A stretch of DNA of 64,000 nucleotides, from IMG/VR virus record IMGVR_UViG_3300025759_000058; one strand, 5' to 3'. Positions 19,622-30,165 of the stretch are shown here, piece by piece. Source of the DNA: a virus. Within the stretch, counting starts at the first letter, position 1. Each line of letters starts with the position of its first letter. The notes beneath the pieces were generated by a model that had not been told where the DNA came from, made no database searches, and saw nothing but the letters and a program-made list of their open reading frames with translations. Position numbers and translations under genes: made by a program.

Positions 19622-21279
19622 TGGCCACTTATTACGTTTCAGATCAAAATGGTAGTGATGCAAACGCAGGTACATCTGCTGGAGCAGCTAAAAAAACAGT
19701 AGCAGCAGGTTTAGCTCTTATGTCTGCTGCTGGAGATATTTTATATATAGGACCTGGGGTTTATTATCACACCACTACTAATAGTATAAATGGTGATGGG
19801 ACTATAGATAACCCTAAAAAAATCATAGGAGACACTCAAGCTGAATACTTAACAAGCGATACCCCGGGGGAAGTTATTTTAACAGCCATGGACTCAGCTA
19901 CTTTAATACCCGTACGGAATTTTAGTGGTCTTAGTTTTATTGGGGATGATTATTGGCATATTAAAAATCTAACATTTGTAGGTTATACAGGAACAACGGG
20001 AAGGGGAATATTTTGTTCTACTAGTTATGGGGTTTTTATAGAAAATTGTCATTTTTCTAATTGTAGCTTTGCTATCCAAAACAGTTCTTTCACAACACAT
20101 GATGTTACTGCTTACAATTGTAGTTCTATAGGAGGTAGATTTGGTTTTTATGGTTGTAATAGTGTTAATTGTGTTGCTATAGGGGGTTTTAGTGGTTTTG
20201 GGTATGCTTATGTTTATGGGTGTTTAGCTATAGGATCATCTAATGGCTTTTACAATTGTTCTATAGATGAATATGGTACTTTAGGTAGTGATTATGGTGC
20301 TGTTTATAATAGCAATGCTATAGCTTGTAACATAGGCTTTTCTAATAGTGGGGGGCAAAATAATGTAGCTGTAGGATCAGCAACCGCCGGGCTAGATTCC
20401 GGAAACTATAACATGATAGGTTTCCTTTCAATAGCTGGTTATTATGCTTATCAAAATGGGGATACTATAGCAGCAGGAATTTACCCCAACATAAACTCAG
20501 GTTCAGAATTATCCTCAGTTTATTACTCAGGATATGGTTCCTCGATTAACCAGTCTGTTGATGATGTCAACTTTACTCCAACAGAAGCTAAGGGTATGCT
20601 TTATACTGGATATGTAGGGATTTGTAATGATCTACAACATATGCTTAGAAACCGTCCTCTCCCTGGGACTGATTATTTTTACTCAGGAAGCACAGGATTA
20701 CCTTTTTATGTGACCCAAATAACAGGTTCAGCAGGTACTCAAGGTGAAGCTTTAGAAGCATTTGTTTCCGGAGCAGGTATTAGATATGCTTCTAACTGGT
20801 TAAAAGACACATATGCCCCTCCCGGATCCTATGATACTATAGGAGTCCCTATGGGTAATATTAAAGCAGGAGGTGAGGGATTTACAGATACTAACAAATT
20901 CCAAGGAGCATTCCCAGGATACCAATTCCCCGATTCACCTGTAATAGACAATACTTATGTAACAGGAAGCAATTTTGGAATTAAAGCTTTAGGTTATGGG
21001 GGATTTGCTTTAGCAGCTAATATTAGTGGTTCACTAACTGCTTCTGTTTCTGTAAAATACAATGTTACTTCTGATCCTCCAAAATTAATTCTAGTAGATA
21101 AATTAGTTAATGGACAAATAGTTTCGGCATCTGCTAGTGGAACCGGGGACCAAACAGGAACTTGGCAGACCCTAACAGTTAATACAACTGCTGCTAATCC
21201 TATTGATGTTGTGTTGGTTAATGTTGATACTGATGATGCTTCATATGTACACTTCTCTAATTTTGATTTAAATGGGTAA
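19621..21279 (+). CDS. Right-handed beta-helix (pectin lyase-like) spike/depolymerase candidate
   Basis: YYVS..NGSD.NAGTS...AKKTV...GDILYIGPGVY start, followed by N/C/G ladder repeats. Confidence 0.65.
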   Translation: MATYYVSDQNGSDANAGTSAGAAKKTVAAGLALMSAAGDILYIGPGVYYHTTTNSINGDGTIDNPKKIIGDTQAEYLTSDTPGEVILTAMDSATLIPVRNFSGLSFIGDDYWHIKNLTFVGYTGTTGRGIFCSTSYGVFIENCHFSNCSFAIQNSSFTTHDVTAYNCSSIGGRFGFYGCNSVNCVAIGGFSGFGYAYVYGCLAIGSSNGFYNCSIDEYGTLGSDYGAVYNSNAIACNIGFSNSGGQNNVAVGSATAGLDSGNYNMIGFLSIAGYYAYQNGDTIAAGIYPNINSGSELSSVYYSGYGSSINQSVDDVNFTPTEAKGMLYTGYVGICNDLQHMLRNRPLPGTDYFYSGSTGLPFYVTQITGSAGTQGEALEAFVSGAGIRYASNWLKDTYAPPGSYDTIGVPMGNIKAGGEGFTDTNKFQGAFPGYQFPDSPVIDNTYVTGSNFGIKALGYGGFALAANISGSLTASVSVKYNVTSDPPKLILVDKLVNGQIVSASASGTGDQTGTWQTLTVNTTAANPIDVVLVNVDTDDASYVHFSNFDLNG

Positions 21280-21523
21280 AGTAAAATTAATATATGGTAC
21301 CGTACCTTACTTATATACTACTACTCCTCAGTTAATATATGGTAGTATACCGTTCGTTACAGCCCCTGTAAAAACGCTATCAGCTGTTGAATCACCCCCA
21401 CCTCCTCCTCCATCAGGGGTGTCAATTAGTTCTATTGATGGTATACTTAAAGCTAATATATCATCTTTTTCTGGAGTTTCTGCAGCTCAAATTGCATCTA
21501 TTGATGGAATTAATTGGAGTTAA
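21272..21523 (+). CDS. Small fibre-associated protein
   Basis: Duplicated LIYG..P, polyproline linker, I.SI.G repeats. Confidence 0.5.
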   Translation: MGKVKLIYGTVPYLYTTTPQLIYGSIPFVTAPVKTLSAVESPPPPPPSGVSISSIDGILKANISSFSGVSAAQIASIDGINWS

Positions 21524-21618
21524 TTTGGTTCTTTTAACTTTATTACATACGTATATCTAAACATTTAAAATTTTAAAAAGTTATATAACTTTTGTGATAT
21601 TTATAACAAAGGATTCGT

Positions 21619-23940
21619 ATGTTAGGAGAATGGTTAGCTAATCAACTACTTAACGAAAGTCAAATTAAGACAGTCGTTGTAATATACCCCGGCCGTTTTC
21701 AGCCAATGGGTAAACATCATGCCGAAGTATATAAAAAATTAGCTTCTAGATTTGGTAAATCGAACACATACATTGCAACATCTGATAAAGTGGCGTTACC
21801 AAAGTCCCCATTGACCTTTAATGAAAAGAAACGTGTTATTAATAAACACGGCATTACAAACGTCATTCAAGTAAAAAACCCATATCAGTCCGCAGAAATA
21901 ACTAGCAAGTATGATCCAGAAACGACAGCTGTCTTATTTGCGGTTGGTAAAAAAGATATGATGGAAGATCCTAGATTTAAAGTAGGATTTAAAAAGAACG
22001 GTGAGCCATCATATTTTCAATATTATGATGATAATAAAGATAATTTATTACCATATACTAAACATGGGTACTTATACGTTGCGCCACATGTATCATTAAA
22101 TGTTCCTGGATATGGAGAAATGTCAGGAACAATATTACGTCAGGCATTGGCAAATGCAACGCCTGCAGATTTTAAGTCAATCATGGGATTCTTTGATCCT
22201 ACAATTTATAATCTTCTCAAAAAAAAATTCTCGAAGCTAGCGATAGAAAACATTGAACGGTTTATAGTTGAAAATAGTAGTAATCTACCGTTGGGTAAAT
22301 CTATGGTAGACGATGGCCCAAGATATTTTTATGGTAATCAAGCTACTTATCGTGCTAAAAACAAACAAATGGCAGAAAAGTTAGGATTTTCAGTTCTTAA
22401 TTACATTATCAAAGATAGCCCTATAGAAGTGCATTCAACAGAATATCCAGATGGACCACCTATGGGTGTATCATACTTTCCTAGTGGTGTGGCTGGTTCG
22501 AATTATGCAGGTACTAATTATATAAAAGATATGCGCGGAAATCCCGCGTACCAAGAATGGTCTAAACATATAAGTAAAGTAGCACAACAAGTAGGATATA
22601 AGTTTTTAAACTTTCTAGGAGCCGGCGAAGCAATTGCTAGCTCTAAAAACGAACCAACGACGCCAGTGCCAATAAAAGAATCATTATTTACTGCAAACTG
22701 GTGGAAGACTATTATAAAAGAGTCTCTTATAACAGAAGGCGGCGCATCAGGTCATATGTCACATCCATTTGATGATCGAGATTTGACTTTCGCAGAAATG
22801 AAAGAAATTATTCGTTTATCGTTGGAAGGACGATTGGATTTAGAAGCCGATGTGACAGAAAAGACAGATGGGCAAAATCTCAATGTAACATTTAAAGATG
22901 GTAAAGTAGGCGCTGCTAGAAATAAAGCTACGATACGTAATCCATTAGATGTGCAAGCCATTGAACGTAAGTTCGCAGATAGAGGTGAATTGACGAAAGC
23001 ATTTTCGTATGCAATGCGCGATTTAGAACAAGCTATATTAGCACTACCGCAAGATAAGCGAGAAGAAGTATTCCAAAATGGAACTAGATTTCTAAACTTA
23101 GAAATTATATATCCAGGCACGAAAAATGTCATCAATTACGGTACGTCGGCATATCTGCAGTTTCATGGACTAAACGAATTTGATTTAGAATCTGCAACTA
23201 AAACAGATACTTATCCAGAGTATGGACCACTATTGCAGTCATTGATAGCAGATGTGAATGCTGATGTTCAAAAACATTTTAAAATTATTCCGCCAAAAAA
23301 ATTAATGATTCAACGTAGTATTGATTTCGAAAAATTAGAGCCTGAATTTATTGCTCGTGTCAATAAACTTCAAAAAGAGTTTGGATTAAAAGACTCTGAC
23401 GAAGTTATGAAATATCATGAAGAATGGTGGCGACGTAAAATAGATTTAGATTTTCCGTCCGCTACTACGGAAGTAAAGGAAGGCTTGTTACAGCGATGGG
23501 CATATAATGATAAATCGTTTAGGTTAAATGGAAAATCAGTACCGGATGTTGATATGCTTAATAAGATTAAAGCGTACGATAAACAAGACTTTGCTAAGCA
23601 GAACAAAGCAAATGTAGCTCGATTCGAAGAAATTTTTCTAAAGCTAGGAGCCGAGGTGTTATCAAACGTAAAAGAATTTTTAGCTGCCTCGCCAAATGAA
23701 AGTGCACAAGAACTAAAAAGAGATATCGCCCAAACAATCAAAGAGTTACAGAAGGCAAAGGATATCGGCTCACTTGATAAGGTCAAATATGAACTTAAAA
23801 GAATTGAATCTATAGGTGGATTTGATAAGATTGTTCCATCCGAAGGTTTAGTGTTTATGTATAAAGGTAATTTGTATAAACTTACCGGTCTTTTTGCACC
23901 TGTTAATCAATTGTTAGGATTATCTAGGTATAGTCGTTAA
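21619..23940 (+). CDS. Multidomain protein: HIGH-superfamily (cytidyltransferase-like) domain + unknown domain + KxDG ligase-like domain
   Basis: VVIYPGRFQPMGKHH at the N-terminus; EGGASGHMSHP...VTEKTDGQNL...EGLV.....LYKLTG in the C-terminal half. Confidence 0.7.
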   Translation: MLGEWLANQLLNESQIKTVVVIYPGRFQPMGKHHAEVYKKLASRFGKSNTYIATSDKVALPKSPLTFNEKKRVINKHGITNVIQVKNPYQSAEITSKYDPETTAVLFAVGKKDMMEDPRFKVGFKKNGEPSYFQYYDDNKDNLLPYTKHGYLYVAPHVSLNVPGYGEMSGTILRQALANATPADFKSIMGFFDPTIYNLLKKKFSKLAIENIERFIVENSSNLPLGKSMVDDGPRYFYGNQATYRAKNKQMAEKLGFSVLNYIIKDSPIEVHSTEYPDGPPMGVSYFPSGVAGSNYAGTNYIKDMRGNPAYQEWSKHISKVAQQVGYKFLNFLGAGEAIASSKNEPTTPVPIKESLFTANWWKTIIKESLITEGGASGHMSHPFDDRDLTFAEMKEIIRLSLEGRLDLEADVTEKTDGQNLNVTFKDGKVGAARNKATIRNPLDVQAIERKFADRGELTKAFSYAMRDLEQAILALPQDKREEVFQNGTRFLNLEIIYPGTKNVINYGTSAYLQFHGLNEFDLESATKTDTYPEYGPLLQSLIADVNADVQKHFKIIPPKKLMIQRSIDFEKLEPEFIARVNKLQKEFGLKDSDEVMKYHEEWWRRKIDLDFPSATTEVKEGLLQRWAYNDKSFRLNGKSVPDVDMLNKIKAYDKQDFAKQNKANVARFEEIFLKLGAEVLSNVKEFLAASPNESAQELKRDIAQTIKELQKAKDIGSLDKVKYELKRIESIGGFDKIVPSEGLVFMYKGNLYKLTGLFAPVNQLLGLSRYSR

Positions 23941-23973
23941 CTACATATTTATTTAAAAGAATAGGAATAAACT

Positions 23974-24477
23974 ATGAAAGAATCTGAATTAAGGTCAATG
24001 ATCCGTAGACAGATAAAAGAATCATTAAAAGAAAATGATTCATTTTTAAAACAAGTAGGCGGATCTGTTCGTGCAAAGCTTGGAAGTCGTAGACAAATGT
24101 TAGATAGAATTTTAGCAACTATTGACACTAACAGATTAACTAGATTGCCTCGAGTCCAAAAAGTTGATTTAGTAGTTGCATTAATTCAAAAGTTTGGCAT
24201 TTCTCAACAAGATTTTGCATCAATCAAATCAAGAGTACAGCGTAATTTAGGAGTCGGTGAGTCAGTGAACGAAGCTGAAGGATCAAACTTAAGTGGCGCA
24301 TTAGCATCACGTGGCGAAAAACTTGAAAAAACTCAAGCATTTAAAATGTTAATGAAGGCAGTTGAAGCAAAGCCAACAGCACAACAAGTAGATTTTGCAA
24401 TTGACTTCCTCAGTAAGTTGCCTTTAGATGATGCCGGCAAGCGTCGTTTAAAAATGAAAATTCGTCAATTTCTTTAA
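23974..24477 (+). CDS. Putative internal head protein
   Basis: MKESELRSMIRRQIKESLKE leader with I/L-x-E sites; late motif and SD. Confidence 0.5.
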   Translation: MKESELRSMIRRQIKESLKENDSFLKQVGGSVRAKLGSRRQMLDRILATIDTNRLTRLPRVQKVDLVVALIQKFGISQQDFASIKSRVQRNLGVGESVNEAEGSNLSGALASRGEKLEKTQAFKMLMKAVEAKPTAQQVDFAIDFLSKLPLDDAGKRRLKMKIRQFL

Positions 24478-24479
24478 TC

Positions 24480-25094
24480 ATGAGCAATAAGTTACAAAAT
24501 ATTAAAGCTGTACAGCAGCTGCTAGATGGCACACATAAATCTCAGACTCGTACAACAGTAGGATTCAATAAAGATTCTAAACATGAACGGCGCGAAGTCG
24601 GCGACGTTTGGGAAGAAGTAATGCCAAATGGTACGGTATATATAGTTACACAAAACAAAGGATTTCGTACTAGAAAGCCTAAAAATAGTGTTAAGTCAAA
24701 AATTAAAGATTTACTTAAAGTACCGGAACAGTGTCCGTCATGTGGGACTAAAATGCGTAACGAAGAAAAGCGATTAAACTTTAAGTTTTGGTTTAAACGA
24801 AAAAAATGTTTTGGTTGTGTTATAAAAGAAGAACAAGAAATTCGTAACCAAGGTTATAATGCATGGCAAGAATATGAACAACGTATAATGTCCGAAAATG
24901 CAGAGTCATGGTTTAAAGATACTGATGCTGAAGTTGAATTAATAAAAACACAAATAAAAGAGACATATTGGCAAAATGCGGACGGAGAAAATGGTCAAGT
25001 TGATATTTCATCGGTTATAGAAAAAATTGAAAATGATTATAAAGAATTAAAATCAAATGTCCGTAAACAATTTGGAACAATCGATGAACAATAA
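24480..25094 (+). CDS. Hypothetical protein with CxxC...CxxC zinc ribbon
   Basis: CPSC and CFGC; lies upstream of terL. Confidence 0.6.
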   Translation: MSNKLQNIKAVQQLLDGTHKSQTRTTVGFNKDSKHERREVGDVWEEVMPNGTVYIVTQNKGFRTRKPKNSVKSKIKDLLKVPEQCPSCGTKMRNEEKRLNFKFWFKRKKCFGCVIKEEQEIRNQGYNAWQEYEQRIMSENAESWFKDTDAEVELIKTQIKETYWQNADGENGQVDISSVIEKIENDYKELKSNVRKQFGTIDEQ

Positions 25095-25728
25095 AGAACA
25101 AATATTAAGAGCTGAAATAAAACGTCTAGTTAATGAAGTACTTTCAGAAGCAGACGAAGGCCAAGACTTAGAAAAGGAATTGTCTAAAGTAGGAACTGAA
25201 TTAGCCGCAGCAATTAAGAAAGCTGATATCGACGTATCTGAATTGGAAGAAAAATACCAACGGGCAATTGATGAAGGAGCTGATAAGAATCAGCTTAATG
25301 AAATTGTTATAGAGACGATTACAGCAATCTTATTAAAGATTATGACAGTTAATGCTATCATAGGATTAATTACAAAAGGCGTAAAGTTTCTTTCAAAAAA
25401 ATTAAATTGGCAAAAAGGTGAAGATTTTGCTGAAAAGATTTTGCATTATGTACATGAGGTCGAAGCTGGATTTAAAAAGCCGTTGGATGTAGTATTAAAA
25501 TTGTTTGTTAAAGATGCGCAAACGAGAAAATCGGTTGTCAATATAATGTATGCTATATTAGTCGCATCATTGGCAGTAGGATATGGAACAGAGGCAATTC
25601 AGTCTCTTAAAGATGCGGAATGGTTCAGCGGCGGAGTAAAAGGTCTTAAAGTATTAGCTAAGTCTGATGAAGTAATGGCTAATCTTAAGAATCCAATTAT
25701 TGTTAAGGCAATTAAAGCATTTGCATAA
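25084..25728 (+). CDS. Putative internal head/ejected protein with hydrophobic helices
   Basis: LRAEIKRLVNEVLSE leader, LNE then two apolar helices; ATG 25084 preferred over 25057. Confidence 0.5.
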   Translation: MNNKEQILRAEIKRLVNEVLSEADEGQDLEKELSKVGTELAAAIKKADIDVSELEEKYQRAIDEGADKNQLNEIVIETITAILLKIMTVNAIIGLITKGVKFLSKKLNWQKGEDFAEKILHYVHEVEAGFKKPLDVVLKLFVKDAQTRKSVVNIMYAILVASLAVGYGTEAIQSLKDAEWFSGGVKGLKVLAKSDEVMANLKNPIIVKAIKAFA

Positions 25729-25760
25729 TTTGCCGTTCTGGCAAAAATTTCTTATATTTA
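25729..25760 (+). promoter_or_regulatory. Bacteroidota sigmaA-like promoter candidate for terL
   Basis: TTTG (25729-32), 20-nt spacer, TATATTTA (25753-60); consensus TTTG-N19-21-TAnnTTTG with one mismatch. Confidence 0.4.
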
Positions 25761-25767
25761 GGTTATA

Positions 25768-27345
25768 ATGGCGCAACGTAATATCAAAGAAGTAATTCGC
25801 GAAGAATATAAAAGATGTGCACAAGATCCTGTGCACTTTATGCGCAAATATTGTATTATTCAACATCCTACTAAAGGTAAGATGTATTTTAATTTATATC
25901 CTTTTCAGGCTGCTACGTTAACAACATTACAGCATAATCGTTATAACGTAATCCTTAAATCTAGACAGTTAGGTATTTCAACACTTTCGGCCGGGTTTGT
26001 ATTATGGAACATGTTATTTAAAGATGACTACAATGTTCTTGTCATCGCCACAACACAAGAAGTAGCTAAAAACTTGGTCACCAAAATCAGAGTCATGCAT
26101 GAAAATTTACCATCATGGCTAAAAGGCCGTACTATTGAAGATAACAAACTTTCATTGCGATTTAAGAATGGGTCGCAGGTAAAAGCTGTATCGAGTGCAG
26201 GTACCGCCGGCCGTTCTGAGGCATTGTCATTATTAGTTATTGATGAGGCTGCATTTATTAAAAATATTGAAGAGATATGGGCGTCTGCTCAACAAACATT
26301 GGCTACTGGTGGAGGTTGTGTTGCACTTTCAACGCCTAACGGCACCGGTAACTGGTTTCATAAAACATGGGTTGATGCAGAAGCCGGAGGCCAATTCGTG
26401 CCAACTGAATTGCACTGGACAGTACATCCCGAACGTGACCAATCATGGCGTGATGAACAAACCGGACTATTAGGCGAAAAGATGGCTGCACAAGAATGTG
26501 ACTGCGATTTTATAACATCCGGTCATACGGTAGTCGACGGTCCTATATTACAATGGTATGAACAAACATACGTTAAAGATCCAATTGAGCGCCGCGGATT
26601 TGATTCAAACTACTGGATGTGGGAATATCCAGATTACGGAAAAGACTATGTTGTTGTAGCAGACGTTGCACGCGGCGATGGAGGCGACTACTCTGCATTC
26701 CATGTTATTGAAATTGAAAACATGGTTCAAGTTGCTGAATACAAAGGGAAGATAGGTACTACAGAATATGGTAATATGCTGGTATCTGTTGCAACAGAAT
26801 GGAACAATGCATTATTAGTTATTGAAAATGCAAATATAGGATGGGCGGCTATTCAAGTTGTAATAGATAAAAACTATAATAATTTATATTACTCATATCG
26901 GCAAGATGCATATGTAGATGAAGATATACACTTATCAAAAGGTTACGATCTAAAAAACAAAGCACAAAAAGTTCCGGGATTTTCTACTACATCAAAAACC
27001 AGGCCATTGGTTATTTCAAAACTAGAAACTTATTTTAGAGAAAAGTCGCCAATCGTTCACAGTAAACGACTTATAGATGAATTATTTGTATTTATATGGA
27101 ATGGTAGTAAGGCTGAAGCACAATCTGGTTATAATGATGACCTGGTAATGGCATTTGGTATTGCATTATGGATACGAGATACTGCACTTCGGCTACGGCA
27201 GCAAGGTTTAGAATTATCTAAAAAATCTTTAGGATACTTTGGTAAAGTACAACATGATACTGGTGTATATACTAATAAAAATTCTAATGGTGCATGGGAA
27301 TGGCGTAATGGCTATGGAAAAGATGATCTAACCTGGCTAATATGA
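25768..27345 (+). CDS. terL: Terminase large subunit (gp17-like)
   Basis: KSRQLGIS Walker A, LLVIDEAAF Walker B, STPNG coupling motif, DVARG and DDLVMA nuclease motifs. Confidence 0.95.
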   Translation: MAQRNIKEVIREEYKRCAQDPVHFMRKYCIIQHPTKGKMYFNLYPFQAATLTTLQHNRYNVILKSRQLGISTLSAGFVLWNMLFKDDYNVLVIATTQEVAKNLVTKIRVMHENLPSWLKGRTIEDNKLSLRFKNGSQVKAVSSAGTAGRSEALSLLVIDEAAFIKNIEEIWASAQQTLATGGGCVALSTPNGTGNWFHKTWVDAEAGGQFVPTELHWTVHPERDQSWRDEQTGLLGEKMAAQECDCDFITSGHTVVDGPILQWYEQTYVKDPIERRGFDSNYWMWEYPDYGKDYVVVADVARGDGGDYSAFHVIEIENMVQVAEYKGKIGTTEYGNMLVSVATEWNNALLVIENANIGWAAIQVVIDKNYNNLYYSYRQDAYVDEDIHLSKGYDLKNKAQKVPGFSTTSKTRPLVISKLETYFREKSPIVHSKRLIDELFVFIWNGSKAEAQSGYNDDLVMAFGIALWIRDTALRLRQQGLELSKKSLGYFGKVQHDTGVYTNKNSNGAWEWRNGYGKDDLTWLI

Positions 27346-27369
27346 TATTTATAACAAAAGAAACTGATT

Positions 27370-29256
27370 ATGGCAGATACATCATTAAGATCAAGACTAT
27401 CTAGACTATTTTCGACGAATGTAGTTGTACGTCGTATAGCAAAAAATAGGCTTAAGGTAGTTGATACAAATCGATTGCAATCGATGGGGTCGCTTTCGAA
27501 TAACAGATATATAGATCGTTTTTCTGGAATGCATAAAGCTCAATCTGGATTTGCAACATATAATCAAAATTACACATTCTTTACATCTAAATTAGAACTG
27601 TATTCTGATTATGAAGCAATGGACATGGATCCGATTATTGCATCGGCATTAGATGTTTATGCAGATGAATGCACAGTTAAAGATGCTGACGGTGACACTC
27701 TAACTATCAATTCGCAGAACGATGAAATTAAAAAAGTATTACATAATTTATTTTATGACGTACTTAATGTTGATTATAATCTCTGGCCATGGATTCGTAA
27801 TGCATGTAAATATGGTGACTTTTTTTTACATTTAGATATTGAAGATGAAATTGGTATTGTCAATGTAACACCGTTAAGTGGCTATGAAGTACGCCGAGAA
27901 GAAGGATTTGATCCAGCAAATCCATATGCATACAAATTTGTATGGGAAGGTACTCATACAGCATATGCATCTGCCCGATCTAATCAAGATCAAAGAGAGT
28001 TCCAAAATTTTGAAATAGCTCATTTTAGATTATTATCAGATACAAACTTTTTACCGTACGGCAAATCTATGATCGAACCAGCACGTAAAGTTTTCAAACA
28101 ACTTATGTTGATGGAAGATGCGATGTTAATTCATAGAATAATGCGCGCACCAGAACGCAGAATATTTAAAGTAGATGTAGGAAACATTCCGCCGGCTGAA
28201 GTTGATGCTCATATGAAGAACATCATCGGTAATATGAAAAAAATTCCATATGTAGATGAACGAACGGGAGAGTATAATCTCAAGTTCAATATGGAAAATA
28301 TGATGGAAGATTACTTCTTGCCAGTTCGAGGAGGTGAATCTGGAACAGCTGTAGAATCTCTACCGGGCTTATCTAATGATGGACAAATTGAAGATATTGA
28401 CTACCTACGCAATAAAATGCATGCCGCGCTTAAGATACCAAAAGCATTCTTAGGTTATGACGAAGGCGTTGAAGGAAAGGCAACATTAGCCGCAGAAGAT
28501 GTAAGATTTGCTAGAACAATTGAACGGCTACAAAAAATATTTGTTTCTGAATTAACAAAAATTGCAATTGTACATTTGTTTTCTCAAGGATTTAAGGATG
28601 AAGATTTAGTCGATTTTACTATATCATTAACAAATCCTTCATTAATCTATGAAAAGCAAAAAATAGAAACATTAAATGAAAAAATAACCCTGGCAACATC
28701 GTTAAAAGAATCTACATTATTTTCTGAACGTTGGATTTATGAAAATATATTTGGATTAAGCCAAGATGAATGGCGCTCGGAACAAGATCAAGTTATAGAA
28801 GATTTAAAATCAGATTTTAGAAAAGAGCAAATAAAATCAGAAGGTAATGATCCAAAGAAGACTAATATGAGTTTTGGTACGCCGCATGATATAGCATCAA
28901 TGCACGTTTCTAATAGAAATGGGGAATTATTGCCCGGCCAGGAACAAAAACATGTCGCAGGCCCCGGTAGACCAAAAGAGCCAGGCACATGGGGTTCACA
29001 TGATTCTCCGCATGGCAGAGATCCAATCGGGATTAAGTCATTAGATACGTCATTTAATACGGACAAGTCACCTTTGCAACATAATTATCGCAACTCATCT
29101 CCATTAAGTATAGAAAGTAAAAATGTAGAAGCATTATTAGGCTCATTAAAATTAGCATTTAAGACACCTGATATGCTTCATGAATCATTAAATAATAAAG
29201 ATAATAAATCGGATTCTGGTACTATTTTAGACGAAACGCAGTTGATAGAGGAATGA
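27370..29256 (+). CDS. Portal protein (gp20-like)
   Basis: LMEDAMLIHRIMRAPERRIFKVDVGNIP, EDYFLPVRGG, LPG, LKIPK motifs. Confidence 0.95.
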   Translation: MADTSLRSRLSRLFSTNVVVRRIAKNRLKVVDTNRLQSMGSLSNNRYIDRFSGMHKAQSGFATYNQNYTFFTSKLELYSDYEAMDMDPIIASALDVYADECTVKDADGDTLTINSQNDEIKKVLHNLFYDVLNVDYNLWPWIRNACKYGDFFLHLDIEDEIGIVNVTPLSGYEVRREEGFDPANPYAYKFVWEGTHTAYASARSNQDQREFQNFEIAHFRLLSDTNFLPYGKSMIEPARKVFKQLMLMEDAMLIHRIMRAPERRIFKVDVGNIPPAEVDAHMKNIIGNMKKIPYVDERTGEYNLKFNMENMMEDYFLPVRGGESGTAVESLPGLSNDGQIEDIDYLRNKMHAALKIPKAFLGYDEGVEGKATLAAEDVRFARTIERLQKIFVSELTKIAIVHLFSQGFKDEDLVDFTISLTNPSLIYEKQKIETLNEKITLATSLKESTLFSERWIYENIFGLSQDEWRSEQDQVIEDLKSDFRKEQIKSEGNDPKKTNMSFGTPHDIASMHVSNRNGELLPGQEQKHVAGPGRPKEPGTWGSHDSPHGRDPIGIKSLDTSFNTDKSPLQHNYRNSSPLSIESKNVEALLGSLKLAFKTPDMLHESLNNKDNKSDSGTILDETQLIEE

Positions 29257-29322
29257 CGTGAAGGTATTTAGTATTAACGCCATATTTATAAAAAAGTATG
29301 ATCATAACAGGGCGATTACTTC

Positions 29323-30165
29323 ATGAAACGAATGAAACATTCCAAGTATAAGAATACAGGACTAATCTTTGAACTTCTCGTCCGCCAAGTTGCATCGGAT
29401 ACGATGCATAATAGAGACTCAAAAGCGTTACATATATTAAAACGTCATTTTTCTAAAAATGCAGAACTTTCGAAAGAATTAAAACTGTACAGGTCTTTAC
29501 ACGAAGAAAAATTTATTAATGAGCGGAAGGCGGAGCTTTTTCTTGATGCAGTACTGAAATCCAGACGGCAGTTGAACGAATCTCAACTACGTAGAGAAAA
29601 ATATAATTTAGTTAAAGAAATTAATGCCGTATTAGATACAACAGAATTCTTTAATGCTCGTATAACATCTTATAAACAGCATGCTGCGATTTATAAATTG
29701 TTTGAATTTACAGAGTCTGATGACCCTCGTAGCTATGTCGATAACAGATCGTCATTAGTAGAACATATACAGACTCAGACAAAAGCAGAAGAAAAGGTAT
29801 CATTAGTATCTGAAGACAAAGATATACGAATCTTAGCATCTAAAATGGTTGTAGATAAGTTTAATGAAAAATATTCTACATTAAGTGCACCACAAAAAAG
29901 AATGTTAAGAGAGTATATTAATAACGTTACTAATTCTTCAAAACTCAAAGCATATGTAATTACAGAAACAACTAAAATTGAATCTGAAATTCAATCGCTA
30001 AAGCGTCAAGTTGTTAGTAAGGTGACGCGTATTAAATTAAATGAAGTTTCATCATTGTTAAGCCAGCTTCGTCAGAAGCATGTAATTCAAGATAAAGATA
30101 TTGTTACCATGTTACGTTATTACGAATTAGTTGAAGAATTAAAAAAAGCTGAGGAGTCTAACTAA
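29323..30165 (+). CDS. Hypothetical head-cluster protein
   Basis: 280 aa, KHSKYKNTGLIFELLVRQ start; follows portal; late motif at 29282. Confidence 0.6.
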   Translation: MKRMKHSKYKNTGLIFELLVRQVASDTMHNRDSKALHILKRHFSKNAELSKELKLYRSLHEEKFINERKAELFLDAVLKSRRQLNESQLRREKYNLVKEINAVLDTTEFFNARITSYKQHAAIYKLFEFTESDDPRSYVDNRSSLVEHIQTQTKAEEKVSLVSEDKDIRILASKMVVDKFNEKYSTLSAPQKRMLREYINNVTNSSKLKAYVITETTKIESEIQSLKRQVVSKVTRIKLNEVSSLLSQLRQKHVIQDKDIVTMLRYYELVEELKKAEESN

